Position numbers and translations under genes: made by a program. Source: the human T2T-CHM13v2.0 reference genome, Homo sapiens. From it: a stretch of DNA of 64,000 nucleotides. The stretch's first letter is position 1, and each line of letters starts with the position of its first letter. Below the pieces are notes generated by a model. It saw nothing but the letters and a program-made list of their open reading frames with translations, was not told where the DNA came from and did no database searches. Shown here in pieces: positions 41,601-54,330 of this stretch. The stretch lies in assembly GCF_009914755.1 (NCBI RefSeq), contig NC_060925.1. One strand, 5' to 3'.

Positions 41601-44270
41601 AGGAATGGAATGCAATAGTATGCAAAGGTATGGAATGGAGTCAACCCGAGTGGAATGGAATGGAATGGAATGGAATGAAATCAAATGGAATGGAATGCAA
41701 TGGAATGAAATGAAATGGAATGGAATGCAATGGAATGAAATGAAATGGAATAAACACCAGTGGAAAGGAATGGAATGCAATGGAATGGAATGGACAGGAG
41801 TGGAATGGAATGGAATGGATTGCAATTGTATGGAATGGAATGGAATGGAATGAAGTGCAATGAAATTAACCCGATTGGAATGGAATGGAATGCAATGGAA
41901 TGGAATGGAATCAACTGGAAAGGAATCAAATGGAACGGAATGGTATGGAGTGGAATGGAACGGAATGGAATGGAATGGAATGGAATTAACCCGAATGGAA
42001 TGGATTGGAATAGAGTGGAATGGAATGGAACGGCATAGAATGCAATGGAATCAACTAGAATGGAATGGGATGGAATGGAAAGGAATGGAATGAACTGGAA
42101 TGGAATGGAATGGAATAGAATTTAATGGAATGGAATGCAATGGAATCAACCCGAGTGGAGTGGAATGCAATGGAATGGAAATGAATGGAATGGAATGGAA
42201 TGGAATGGAATGGAATGGAATGAAACGGAATGGAATGAACCCGAGTGAAATGGAATGGAATGGAATGGAATGGAATGGAATGGAATGGAAAGGAATGGAA
42301 TCAACCCGAGTGGAATGGAATGGAATGGAATGGAGTAAACACGAGTGGCATGGAATGGAATGGAATGGAATGGAATGGAATGGAATGGAATGGAATGGAC
42401 AGGAATGGAATGGAATGGAATGGAATGGAATGGAAAGGACTAGAACGGAAAGGAATGGAATGAAATCAACAAGATTGGAATGGAATGGAATGCAATGGAA
42501 GGGAATTTAATCAACAGGAAATGAATGAAATGGAATGGAATGGAATGGAATTAACCAGAGTGCAATGCAATAGAATGGAATGAAATGGAATGTAATGAAA
42601 TCAACCCGAATGGAATGGATTGGAATAGAGTGGAATGGAATGGAACGGCATGGAATGCAATGGAATCAACTAGAATGGAATGGAATGGAATGGATTGGAC
42701 AGGAATGGAATGGAATGAAATGGAATGGAATGGAATGGAATGGAATGGAATGGAATGGAGTGGAATAGACTAGAATGGAATGGAATGGAAAGAAACGAAC
42801 CCGATTGGAATGGAATGGAATGCAATGGAATGGAATGGAATCAACTGGAAAGGAATCAAATGGAACGGATTGGAATGGAATGGAATGGAACGGATTGGAA
42901 TCAACCCGTGTGGAATGGATTGGAATGGAGTGGAATGGAATGGAAACGCATGGAATGCAATGGAATCAACTAGAATGCAATGGAATGGAATGGATTGGAA
43001 TGGAATTGAACAGAATCAACCTCAGTGTAATGGAATGGAATGGAATGGAATGAATGGAATGGAATGGAATGGAAACTAATGGAATGGAATGCAATGGAAA
43101 CAACCCGAGTGGAATGGAAGGCAATGGAATGCAATGGATAGGAATGGAATGGAATGGAATGGAATGGAATGGAATGGAATGGTATGGAATCAACCAGAGT
43201 GGAATGGAATGGAATGGAATAGAATGCAATGGAATGGAGTGGAATGGAATAAACACCAGTGGAATCAAATGGAATGGACTAGAATGGAATAGAATGGAAT
43301 GAAATCAACCCGATTGGAATCGAATGGAATGCAATGGAATGGAACGGAAACAACTGGAAAGGAATGAAATGGAATGGAATGCAGTGGAATGGAATGGAAT
43401 GGAATGGAATCAACCGGAGTGGAATGGGATTGAATGGAATGGAATGAAAGGAATGGAATGGAATGGATACTAATGGAATGGAATGGAAAGGAAACAACCC
43501 GAGTGGAATGGAATGCAATGGAATTCAATGGAATGCACTGGAATGGAATGGAAGGGAATGGAATGGAATGGAAAGGAATGGAATGAACTGGAATGGAATG
43601 GAATGGAATGGAATTTAATGGAATGGAAAGGAATGGAATGGAATCAACCCGAGTGGAGGGGAATGGAATGGAATGGAAATGAATGGAATAGAATGGAATG
43701 GAATGGAATGAAACGGAACGGAATGGAATGAACCCGAGTGAAATGGATTGGAATGGAATGGAATGGAATGGAAATTAATGGAATAGAATGGAATGGAATG
43801 GAATGAAACGGAACGGAATGGAATGAACCCGAGTGAAATGGAACGGAATGGAATGGAATGCAATGGAATGGAATCAACCCGAGTGGAATGGAATGGAATG
43901 GTATGGAATCAACACGAGTGGAATGGAATGGAATGGACTGGAATGGAAATTAATGGACTAGAATGGAATGGAAAGGAAAGGAATGGAATGCAATGGTATG
44001 GAATGGAGTCAGCACGAGTGGAATGGAATGGAATGGAATGGAATGGAATGAAATGGAATGGAATGAAATGGAATGGAATGGAATGCAATGGAATGAAATG
44101 GAATGGAATGGAATAAAGTGGAAAGGAATGGAATGCAATGGAATGGATTGGAATGGAATAAACAACAGTGGATTGGAATGGAATGGAATAGAGTGGAATG
44201 GAATAAACACCAGTGTAATGGAATGGAATGGAAGGGAATGGTCAGGAATGGAATGGAATGGAATGGAATG
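38650..44270 (-). repeat. Two diverged tandem copies of a ~2.8-kb HSat3 unit
   Basis: Marker pairs from the ORF track and sequence: 38702/41545 (+2843), 39967/42580 (+2613), 40750/43483 (+2733), tcagcacgag 41201/44009 (+2808). Both copies share aattgtatgg, aagaaacgaacccg, gatactaatgg and gagtggagggg. Confidence 0.82.
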
Positions 44271-46619
44271 GAATGGAATGGAATGGAATGACATCAACTC
44301 GATTGGAATGGAATGGAATGCAATGGAATGGAATGGAATCAACTGGGAAGGAATCAAAGGGAATTGAATGGAATGGAATGGAATGGAAAGGAATGGAATA
44401 GAATGGAATAGAATCAACTCGAGTGGAAGGGAATGGAATGGAAAGGAATGGAATGGAAAGGAAACGAATACAATGCAATGGAATGCAATGGTATGGAATG
44501 GAGTTAACCCGAGTGGAATGGAATGGAATGGAATGGAATGAAATGGAATGGAATGGAATGCAATGGAATGGAGTGGAATGGAATAAACACCAGTGGAATG
44601 GAATGCAACGGAATGGAGTGGAATGCAATGGAATGGAATGGACAGGAACGGAATGGAATGGAATGAAATCAACCCGATTGGAATGGAGTCGAATGCAACG
44701 GAATGGAATGGTAGGAACTGGAAAGGAATGAGATGGAATGGAATGAAATGGAATGGAATCAACCCGAGTGGAATGGATTGGAATGGAGTGGAATGGAATG
44801 GAATGGAATGGCATGGAATGCAATGGACTCAACTAGAATGGAATAGAATGGAATGGATTGGAATGGAATTGAACGGAACCAACCTGAGTGGAATGGGATG
44901 GAATGGAATGGCATGAATGGAATGGAATGAAATGGAATGGAATCAACACGAGTGGAATGTAATGTAATGTAACGTAATGGAATGGAATGGAATGGAGTCA
45001 ACCCGAGTGGAATGGAATGGAATAGAATGGAATAAACACGAGTGGAATGGAATGGAATGGAATGGAATGGAATGGAATAGAATGGAATGGAATCAACTCG
45101 AGTGGAAAGGAATGGCATGGAAAAGAATGGAATGGAAAGGAATGGAATGGAAAGGAATGGAATGGAACACAATGTAATGCATTGGTATGGAATGGAGTCA
45201 ACACGTGTGGAATGGAATGGAATGGATTGAAATGGAATGGAATGGAATGCAATAGAATGGATTGGAATGGAATAAACACCAGTGGAATGGAATGGAATGG
45301 AACGGAAAAGAATGGAATGGAATGGAATGGAATGGAATGGAATGGAATGGAATGGAGTGCAATGAAATCAACCCGATTGGAATGGAATGGAATGAAATGG
45401 AATGCAATGGAATGGATTAGAATGGAATAAACACCAGTGGAATGGAATGGAATGGAATGGAGTGGAATGGAATGGAATCGAATGGAATGGAATGGAATGG
45501 AATGGAATGGAATGGAATGGAATGGACAGGAATTGAAAGGAATGGAATGGAATGGAATGGAATGGAATGGGATGGAATGGAATGGAATGGAATGGACTGG
45601 AATGGAATGGAATGGAATGAAATCAACCCGATTGGAATGGAATGGAATGCAATGTAATGGAATGGAATCAACTGGAAAGGAATTTAATGGAATGGAATGG
45701 AATGGAATGGAAGGCAATGGAATGGAATGGAATGAAGTCAACTCGACTTTAATGGATTGGAATAGAGTGGAATGGAATGGAACGGCATGGGATGCAATGG
45801 AATGAACTAGAACGGAATGAAAGTGGATGGAATGGACAGGAATGGAATGGAATGAGGTGGAATGGACTAGAATTGAATGTAATGGAATGAAATCAACCCG
45901 ATTGGAATGGAATGGCATGAATTGGAATGGAGTGGAATCAACTGGAAAGGAATCAAATGCAACGGAATGGAATGGAATGGAATGGAAAGGAATGGTTTGG
46001 AATGGAATGGAATGGAATCAACCCGAGTGGAATGCAATGGAATGGAATGGAATCAACCCGAGTGGAATGGATTGGAATGGAGTGGAATGGAATGGAACGG
46101 CATGGAATGCAATGGAATCAACTAGAATGGAATGAAATGAAATGGATTGGAATGGAATCGAACGTAATCAACCTGAGTGGAAAGGAATGGAATGGAAAGG
46201 AATGGAATGAATGGAATGGAATGGAATGGAAACTAATGGAATGGAATGGAAAGTAAGCAACCTGAGTGGAATGGAATGCAATGGAATGCAATGTTATGGA
46301 AAGGAATGGAATGGAATTCAATGTAATGGAAACAAACCGAGTGGAATGTAATGGAATAGAAGGGACTGGAATGTAAGGGAATGTATTGGAATCAACCCGA
46401 TTCCAATGCAACGGCATGGAATGGAATGGAATGGAAGGGAAGGGAACGGAATGGAATGGAAAGGAATGGAATGAACTGGAATGGAATGGAATGAAATGGA
46501 ATTTAATGGAATGGAATGGAATGGAATCAACCCGAGTGGAGTGGAAGGTAATGGAATGGAAATGAATGGATTAGAATGGAATGGAATGGAACGGAACGGA
46601 ATGGAATGAACCCGAGTGG

Positions 46620-49600
46620 AATGGAATGAAATGGAATGGAATGGAATGGAATGGAATGGAACGGAATGGAATGGAATGGAATGGAATCTACCCGAGTGGA
46701 ATGGAATGGAATGGAATGGAATGGAATGGAATGGAATGGAATAGAATGTAATGGAATCAACTCGACAGGAAAGGAATGGAATGGAAAGGAAAGGAATGGA
46801 ATGCAATAGAATGCAATGGTAAGGAATGGAGTCAACCCGAGTGGAATGGAATGGAATGGAATGGAATGAACTGGAATGGAATAGAATGCAATGGAATTGA
46901 GTGGAATGGAATAAACACCAGTGAAATGGAATGGAATGGAATGGAATGGAATGGAATGGAATGGAACGGAATGGACAGGAATGGAATACAATGGAATGGA
47001 ATGGAATGGAGTGGAATGGAATACAATGGAATGGAATGGAATGAAATCAACCCGATTGGAATGGAATGGAATGAAATGGAATGGAATGGAATCAACTGGA
47101 AAAGAATGAAATGAATGGAATGGAATGGAATGGAATGGAAAGGAATGGAATGGAAACAACCCGAGTAGAATGCAATGGAATGGAATGGAATGGAATGGAA
47201 TGGAATGGAATGGAATCAACCCGAGTGGAATGCAATGGAATGGAATGGAATGAAATCAACCCGAATGGAATGGATTGGAATAGAGTGGAATGGAATGGAA
47301 CGGAATGGCATGCATTGGAATCAGCTAGAATAGAATGGAATGGAATGGAATTCAATGGAATGGAATGGAATGGATTGGAATGGAATTGAATGGAATGGAA
47401 TGGAATGAAATCAACCCGATTGAAATGGAATGGAATGCAATTGAATGGAATGGAATCAACTGGAAAGGAATCAAATGGAACGGAATAGAATGGAATGGAA
47501 TGAAATGGAATCAAACGGAATCAACCTGAGTGGAATGGAAAGGAATGGAATGGAATGATTGGAATGGAAACTAATGGAATGCAATGGAAAGGAAACAACC
47601 TGAGTGGAATAGAAAGCAATGGAATGAAATGGAATGGAATGGATTGGAATGGATTGGAATTCGATGTAATGGAAACAAACCGAGTGGAATGGAATGGAAT
47701 GGAAAGGACTGGAATGTAATCGAATGGATCGGAATCAACCCGATTCCAATGCAATGGAATGGAATGGAATGGAATGGAAAGGACTAGAATGGAATGGAGT
47801 GTAATGAAATCAACCCGATTGGAATGGAATGGAATGCAATGGAATGGAATGGAATCAACTGGAAAGGAACGAAATGGAATGGAATGGAATGGAATGGAAT
47901 GTAATGGAATGGAATGGAATGGAATGGAACGGAATAAACCCGAGTGGAATGGAATGGAATGGAATGGAGTGGAATGGAATCAACCTGTGTCGAATGGATT
48001 GGAATGGAGTAGAATGGAATGGAACGGCATGGAATGCAATGGAATCAACTAGAATGGAATGGAATGGAATCGAACGGAATCAACCTGAGTGGAATGGAAT
48101 GGAATGGAATGGAATGAATGTAATGGAATGGAGCAGATACTAATGGAATGGAATGGAAAGGAAACAACACGAGTGGAATGGAATGCAATGGAATGCAATG
48201 GAATGGAATGGAATGGAATGGAATGGAATAGAATGGAATTCAATGAAATGGAAACAAACCGAGTGGAATGTAATGGAATGGAAAGGACTGGAATGTAATG
48301 AAATGCATTGGAATCAACCCGATTCCTATGCAATGGAATGGAATGGAATGGAATGGAATGGAATGGAATGGAAGGGAATGGAATGGAATGGAAAGGAATG
48401 GAATGAACTGAAATGGAATGGAATGGAATGGAAGTTAATGGAATGGAATGGAATGGAATGGAATGGAATGGAATCAACCCGAGTGGAGTGGAATGGAATG
48501 GAATGTAAATGAATGGAATGGAATGGAATGGAATGGAACGGAACGGAATGGAATGAACCCGAGAGGAATGGAATGAAATGGAATGGAATGGAATGGAACG
48601 GAATGGAATGGAATGGAATGGAATCTACCCGAGTGGAATGGAATGGAATGGAATGGAATGGAATGGAATGGAATGGAATGGAATAGAATGTAATGGAATC
48701 AACTCGACTGGAAAGGAATGGAATGGAAAGGAAAGGAATGGAATGCAATAGAATGCAATGGTAAGGAATGGAGTCAACCCGAGTGGAATGGAATGGAATG
48801 GAATGGAATGAACTGGAATGGAATAGAATGCAATGGAATTGAGTGGAATGGAATAAACACCAGTGAAATGGAATGGAATGGAATGGAATGGAATGGAATG
48901 GAATGGAACGGAATGGACAGGAATGGAATACAATGGAATGGAATGGAATGGAGTGGAATGGAATACAATGGAATGGAATGGAATGAAATCAACCCGATTG
49001 GAATGGAATGGAATGAAATGGAATGGAATGGAATCAACTGGAAAAGAATGAAATGAATGGAATGGAATGGAATGGAATGGAAAGGAATGGAATGGAAACA
49101 ACCCGAGTAGAATGCAATGGAATGGAATGGAATGGAATGGAATGGAATCAACCCGAGTGGAATGCAATGGAATGGAATGGAATGAAATCAACCCGAATGG
49201 AATGGATTGGAATAGAGTGGAATGGAATGGAACGGAATGGCATGCATTGGAATCAGCTAGAATAGAATGGAATGGAATGGAATTCAATGGAATGGAATGG
49301 AATGGATTGGAATGGAATTGAATGGAATGGAATGGAATGAAATCAACCCGATTGGAATGGAATGGAATGCAATTGAATGGAATGGAATCAACTGGAAAGG
49401 AATCAAATGGAACGAAATAGAATGGAATGGAATGAAATGGAATCAAACGGAATCAACCTGAGTGGAATGGAAAGGAATGGAATGGAATGATTGGAATGGA
49501 AACTAATGGAATGCAATGGAAAGGAAACAACCTGAGTGGAATAGAAAGCAATGGAATGAAATGGAATGGAATGGATTGGAATGGATTGGAATTCGATGTA

Positions 49601-52600
49601 ATGGAAACAAACCGAGTGGAATGGAATGGAATGGAAAGGACTGGAATGTAATCGAATGGATCGGAATCAACCCGATTCCAATGCAATGGAATGGAATGGA
49701 ATGGAATGGAAAGGACTAGAATGGAATGGAGTGTAATGAAATCAACCCGATTGGAATGGAATGGAATGCAATGGAATGGAATGGAATCAACTGGAAAGGA
49801 ACGAAATGGAATGGAATGGAATGGAATGGAATGTAATGGAATGGAATGGAATGGAATGGAACGGAATAAACCCGAGTGGAATGGAATGGAATGGAATGGA
49901 GTGGAATGGAATCAACCTGTGTCGAATGGATTGGAATGGAGTAGAATGGAATGGAACGGCATGGAATGCAATGGAATCAACTAGAATGGAATGGAATGGA
50001 ATCGAACGGAATCAACCTGAGTGGAATGGAATGGAATGGAATGGAATGAATGTAATGGAATGGAGCAGATACTAATGGAATGGAATGGAAAGGAAACAAC
50101 ACGAGTGGAATGGAATGCAATGGAATGCAATGGAATGGAATGGAATGGAATGGAATGGAATAGAATGGAATTCAATGAAATGGAAACAAACCGAGTGGAA
50201 TGTAATGGAATGGAAAGGACTGGAATGTAATGAAATGCATTGGAATCAACCCGATTCCTATGCAATGGAATGGAATGGAATGGAATGGAATGGAATGGAA
50301 TGGAAGGGAATGGAATGGAATGGAAAGGAATGGAATGAACTGAAATGGAATGGAATGGAATGGAAGTTAATGGAATGGAATGGAATGGAATCAACCCGAG
50401 TGGAGTGGAATGGAATGGAATGTAAATGAATGGAATGGAATGGAACGGAACGGAATGGAATGAACCCGAGAGGAATGGAATGAAATGGAATGGAATGGAA
50501 TGGAATGGAATGGAACGGAATGGAATGGAATGGAATGGAATCTACCCGAGTGGAATGGAATGGAATGGAATGGAATGGAATGGAATGGAATGGAATGGAA
50601 TAGAATGTAATGGAATCAACTCGACTGGAAAGGAATGGAATGGAAAGGAAAGGAATGGAATGCAATAGAATGCAATGGTAAGGAATGGAGTCAACCCGAG
50701 TGGAATGGAATGGAATGGAATGGAATGAACTGGAATGGAATAGAATGCAATGGAATTGAGTGGAATGGAATAAACACCAGTGAAATGGAATGGAATGGAA
50801 TGGAATGGAATGGAATGGAACGGAATGGACAGGAATGGAATACAATGGAATGGAATGGAATGGAGTGGAATGGAATACAATGGAATGGAATGGAATGAAA
50901 TCAACCCGATTGGAATGGAATGGAATGAAATGGAATGGAATGGAATCAACTGGAAAAGAATGAAATGAATGGAATGGAATGGAATGGAATGGAAAGGAAT
51001 GGAATGGAAACAACCCGAGTAGAATGCAATGGAATGGAATGGAATGGAATGGAATGGAATGGAATCAACCCGAGTGGAATGCAATGGAATGGAATGGAAT
51101 GAAATCAACCCGAATGGAATGGATTGGAATAGAGTGGAATGGAATGGAACGGAATGGCATGCATTGGAATCAGCTAGAATAGAATGGAATGGAATGGAAT
51201 TCAATGGAATGGAATGGAATGGATTGGAATGGAATTGAATGGAATGGAATGGAATGAAATCAACCCGATTGGAATGGAATGGAATGCAATTGAATGGAAT
51301 GGAATCAACTGGAAAGGAATCAAATGGAACGGAATAGAATGGAATGGAATGAAATGGAATCAAACGGAATCAACCTGAGTGGAATGGAAAGGAATGGAAT
51401 GGAATGATTGGAATGGAAACTAATGGAATGCAATGGAAAGGAAACAACCTGAGTGGAATAGAAAGCAATGGAATGAAATGGAATGGAATGGATTGGAATG
51501 GATTGGAATTCGATGTAATGGAAACAAACCGAGTGGAATGGAATGGAATGGAAAGGACTGGAATGTAATCGAATGGATCGGAATCAACCCGATTCCAATG
51601 CAATGGAATGGAATGGAATGGAATGGAAAGGACTAGAATGGAATGGAGTGTAATGAAATCAACCCGATTGGAATGGAATGGAATGCAATGGAATGGAATG
51701 GAATCAACTGGAAAGGAACGAAATGGAATGGAATGGAATGGAATGGAATGTAATGGAATGGAATGGAATGGAATGGAACGGAATAAACCCGAGTGGAATG
51801 GAATGGAATGGAATGGAGTGGAATGGAATCAACCTGTGTCGAATGGATTGGAATGGAGTAGAATGGAATGGAACGGCATGGAATGCAATGGAATCAACTA
51901 GAATGGAATGGAATGGAATCGAACGGAATCAACCTGAGTGGAATGGAATGGAATGGAATGGAATGAATGTAATGGAATGGAGCAGATACTAATGGAATGG
52001 AATGGAAAGGAAACAACACGAGTGGAATGGAATGCAATGGAATGCAATGGAATGGAATGGAATGGAATGGAATGGAATAGAATGGAATTCAATGAAATGG
52101 AAACAAACCGAGTGGAATGTAATGGAATGGAAAGGACTGGAATGTAATGAAATGCATTGGAATCAACCCGATTCCTATGCAATGGAATGGAATGGAATGG
52201 AATGGAATGGAATGGAATGGAAGGGAATGGAATGGAATGGAAAGGAATGGAATGAACTGAAATGGAATGGAATGGAATGGAAGTTAATGGAATGGAATGG
52301 AATGGAATCAACCCGAGTGGAGTGGAATGGAATGGAATGTAAATGAATGGAATGGAATGGAACGGAACGGAATGGAATGAACCCGAGAGGAATGGAATGA
52401 AATGGAATGGAATGGAATGGAATGGAATGGAACGGAATGGAATGGAATGGAATGGAATCTACCCGAGTGGAATGGAATGGAATGGAATGGAATGGAATGG
52501 AATGGAATGGAATGGAATGGAATGGAATGGAATAGAATGTAATGGAATCAACTCGACTGGAAAGGAATGGAATGGAAAGGAAAGGAATGGAATGCAATAG

Positions 52601-54330
52601 AATGCAATGGTAAGGAATGGAGTCAACCCGAGTGGAATGGAATGGAATGGAATGGAATGAACTGGAATGGAATAGAATGCAATGGAATTGAGTGGAATGG
52701 AATAAACACCAGTGAAATGGAATGGAATGGAATGGAATGGAATGGAATGGAACGGAATGGACAGGAATGGAATACAATGGAATGGAATGGAATGGAGTGG
52801 AATGGAATACAATGGAATGGAATGGAATGAAATCAACCCGATTGGAATGGAATGGAATGAAATGGAATGGAATGGAATCAACTGGAAAAGAATGAAATGA
52901 ATGGAATGGAATGGAATGGAATGGAAAGGAATGGAATGGAAACAACCCGAGTAGAATGCAATGGAATGGAATGGAATGGAATGGAATGGAATGGAATCAA
53001 CCCGAGTGGAATGCAATGGAATGGAATGGAATGAAATCAACCCGAATGGAATGGATTGGAATAGAGTGGAATGGAATGGAACGGAATGGCATGCATTGGA
53101 ATCAGCTAGAATAGAATGGAATGGAATGGAATTCAATGGAATGGAATGGAATGGATTGGAATGGAATTGAATGGAATGGAATGGAATGAAATCAACCCGA
53201 TTGGAATGGAATGGAATGCAATTGAATGGAATGGAATCAACTGGAAAGGAATCAAATGGAACGGAATAGAATGGAATGGAATGAAATGGAATCAAACGGA
53301 ATCAACCTGAGTGGAATGGAAAGGAATGGAATGGAATGATTGGAATGGAAACTAATGGAATGCAATGGAAAGGAAACAACCTGAGTGGAATAGAAAGCAA
53401 TGGAATGAAATGGAATGGAATGGATTGGAATGGATTGGAATTCGATGTAATGGAAACAAACCGAGTGGAATGGAATGGAATGGAAAGGACTGGAATGTAA
53501 TCGAATGGATCGGAATCAACCCGATTCCAATGCAATGGAATGGAATGGAATGGAATGGAAAGGACTAGAATGGAATGGAGTGTAATGAAATCAACCCGAT
53601 TGGAATGGAATGGAATGCAATGGAATGGAATGGAATCAACTGGAAAGGAACGAAATGGAATGGAATGGAATGGAATGGAATGTAATGGAATGGAATGGAA
53701 TGGAATGGAACGGAATAAACCCGAGTGGAATGGAATGGAATGGAATGGAGTGGAATGGAATCAACCTGTGTCGAATGGATTGGAATGGAGTAGAATGGAA
53801 TGGAACGGCATGGAATGCAATGGAATCAACTAGAATGGAATGGAATGGAATCGAACGGAATCAACCTGAGTGGAATGGAATGGAATGGAATGGAATGAAT
53901 GTAATGGAATGGAGCAGATACTAATGGAATGGAATGGAAAGGAAACAACACGAGTGGAATGGAATGCAATGGAATGCAATGGAATGGAATGGAATGGAAT
54001 GGAATGGAATAGAATGGAATTCAATGAAATGGAAACAAACCGAGTGGAATGTAATGGAATGGAAAGGACTGGAATGTAATGAAATGCATTGGAATCAACC
54101 CGATTCCTATGCAATGGAATGGAATGGAATGGAATGGAATGGAATGGAATGGAAGGGAATGGAATGGAATGGAAAGGAATGGAATGAACTGAAATGGAAT
54201 GGAATGGAATGGAAGTTAATGGAATGGAATGGAATGGAATGGAATGGAATCAACCCGAGTGGAGTGGAATGGAATGGAATGTAAATGAATGGAATGGAAT
54301 GGAATGGAATGGAACGGAATGGAATGGAAT
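46620..54330 (-). repeat. Young tandem array of four ~1.93-kb HSat3 units (periods 1917-1942 bp)
   Basis: Identical ORF translations at 47521/49453/51370/53302 (spacings 1932, 1917, 1932). Private markers present once per unit: ggtaagg, atcagctagaatag, caaacggaatc, aatcgaatggatcgg, caacctgtgtcg, gagcagatact, gaagttaatgg. Confidence 0.95.
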
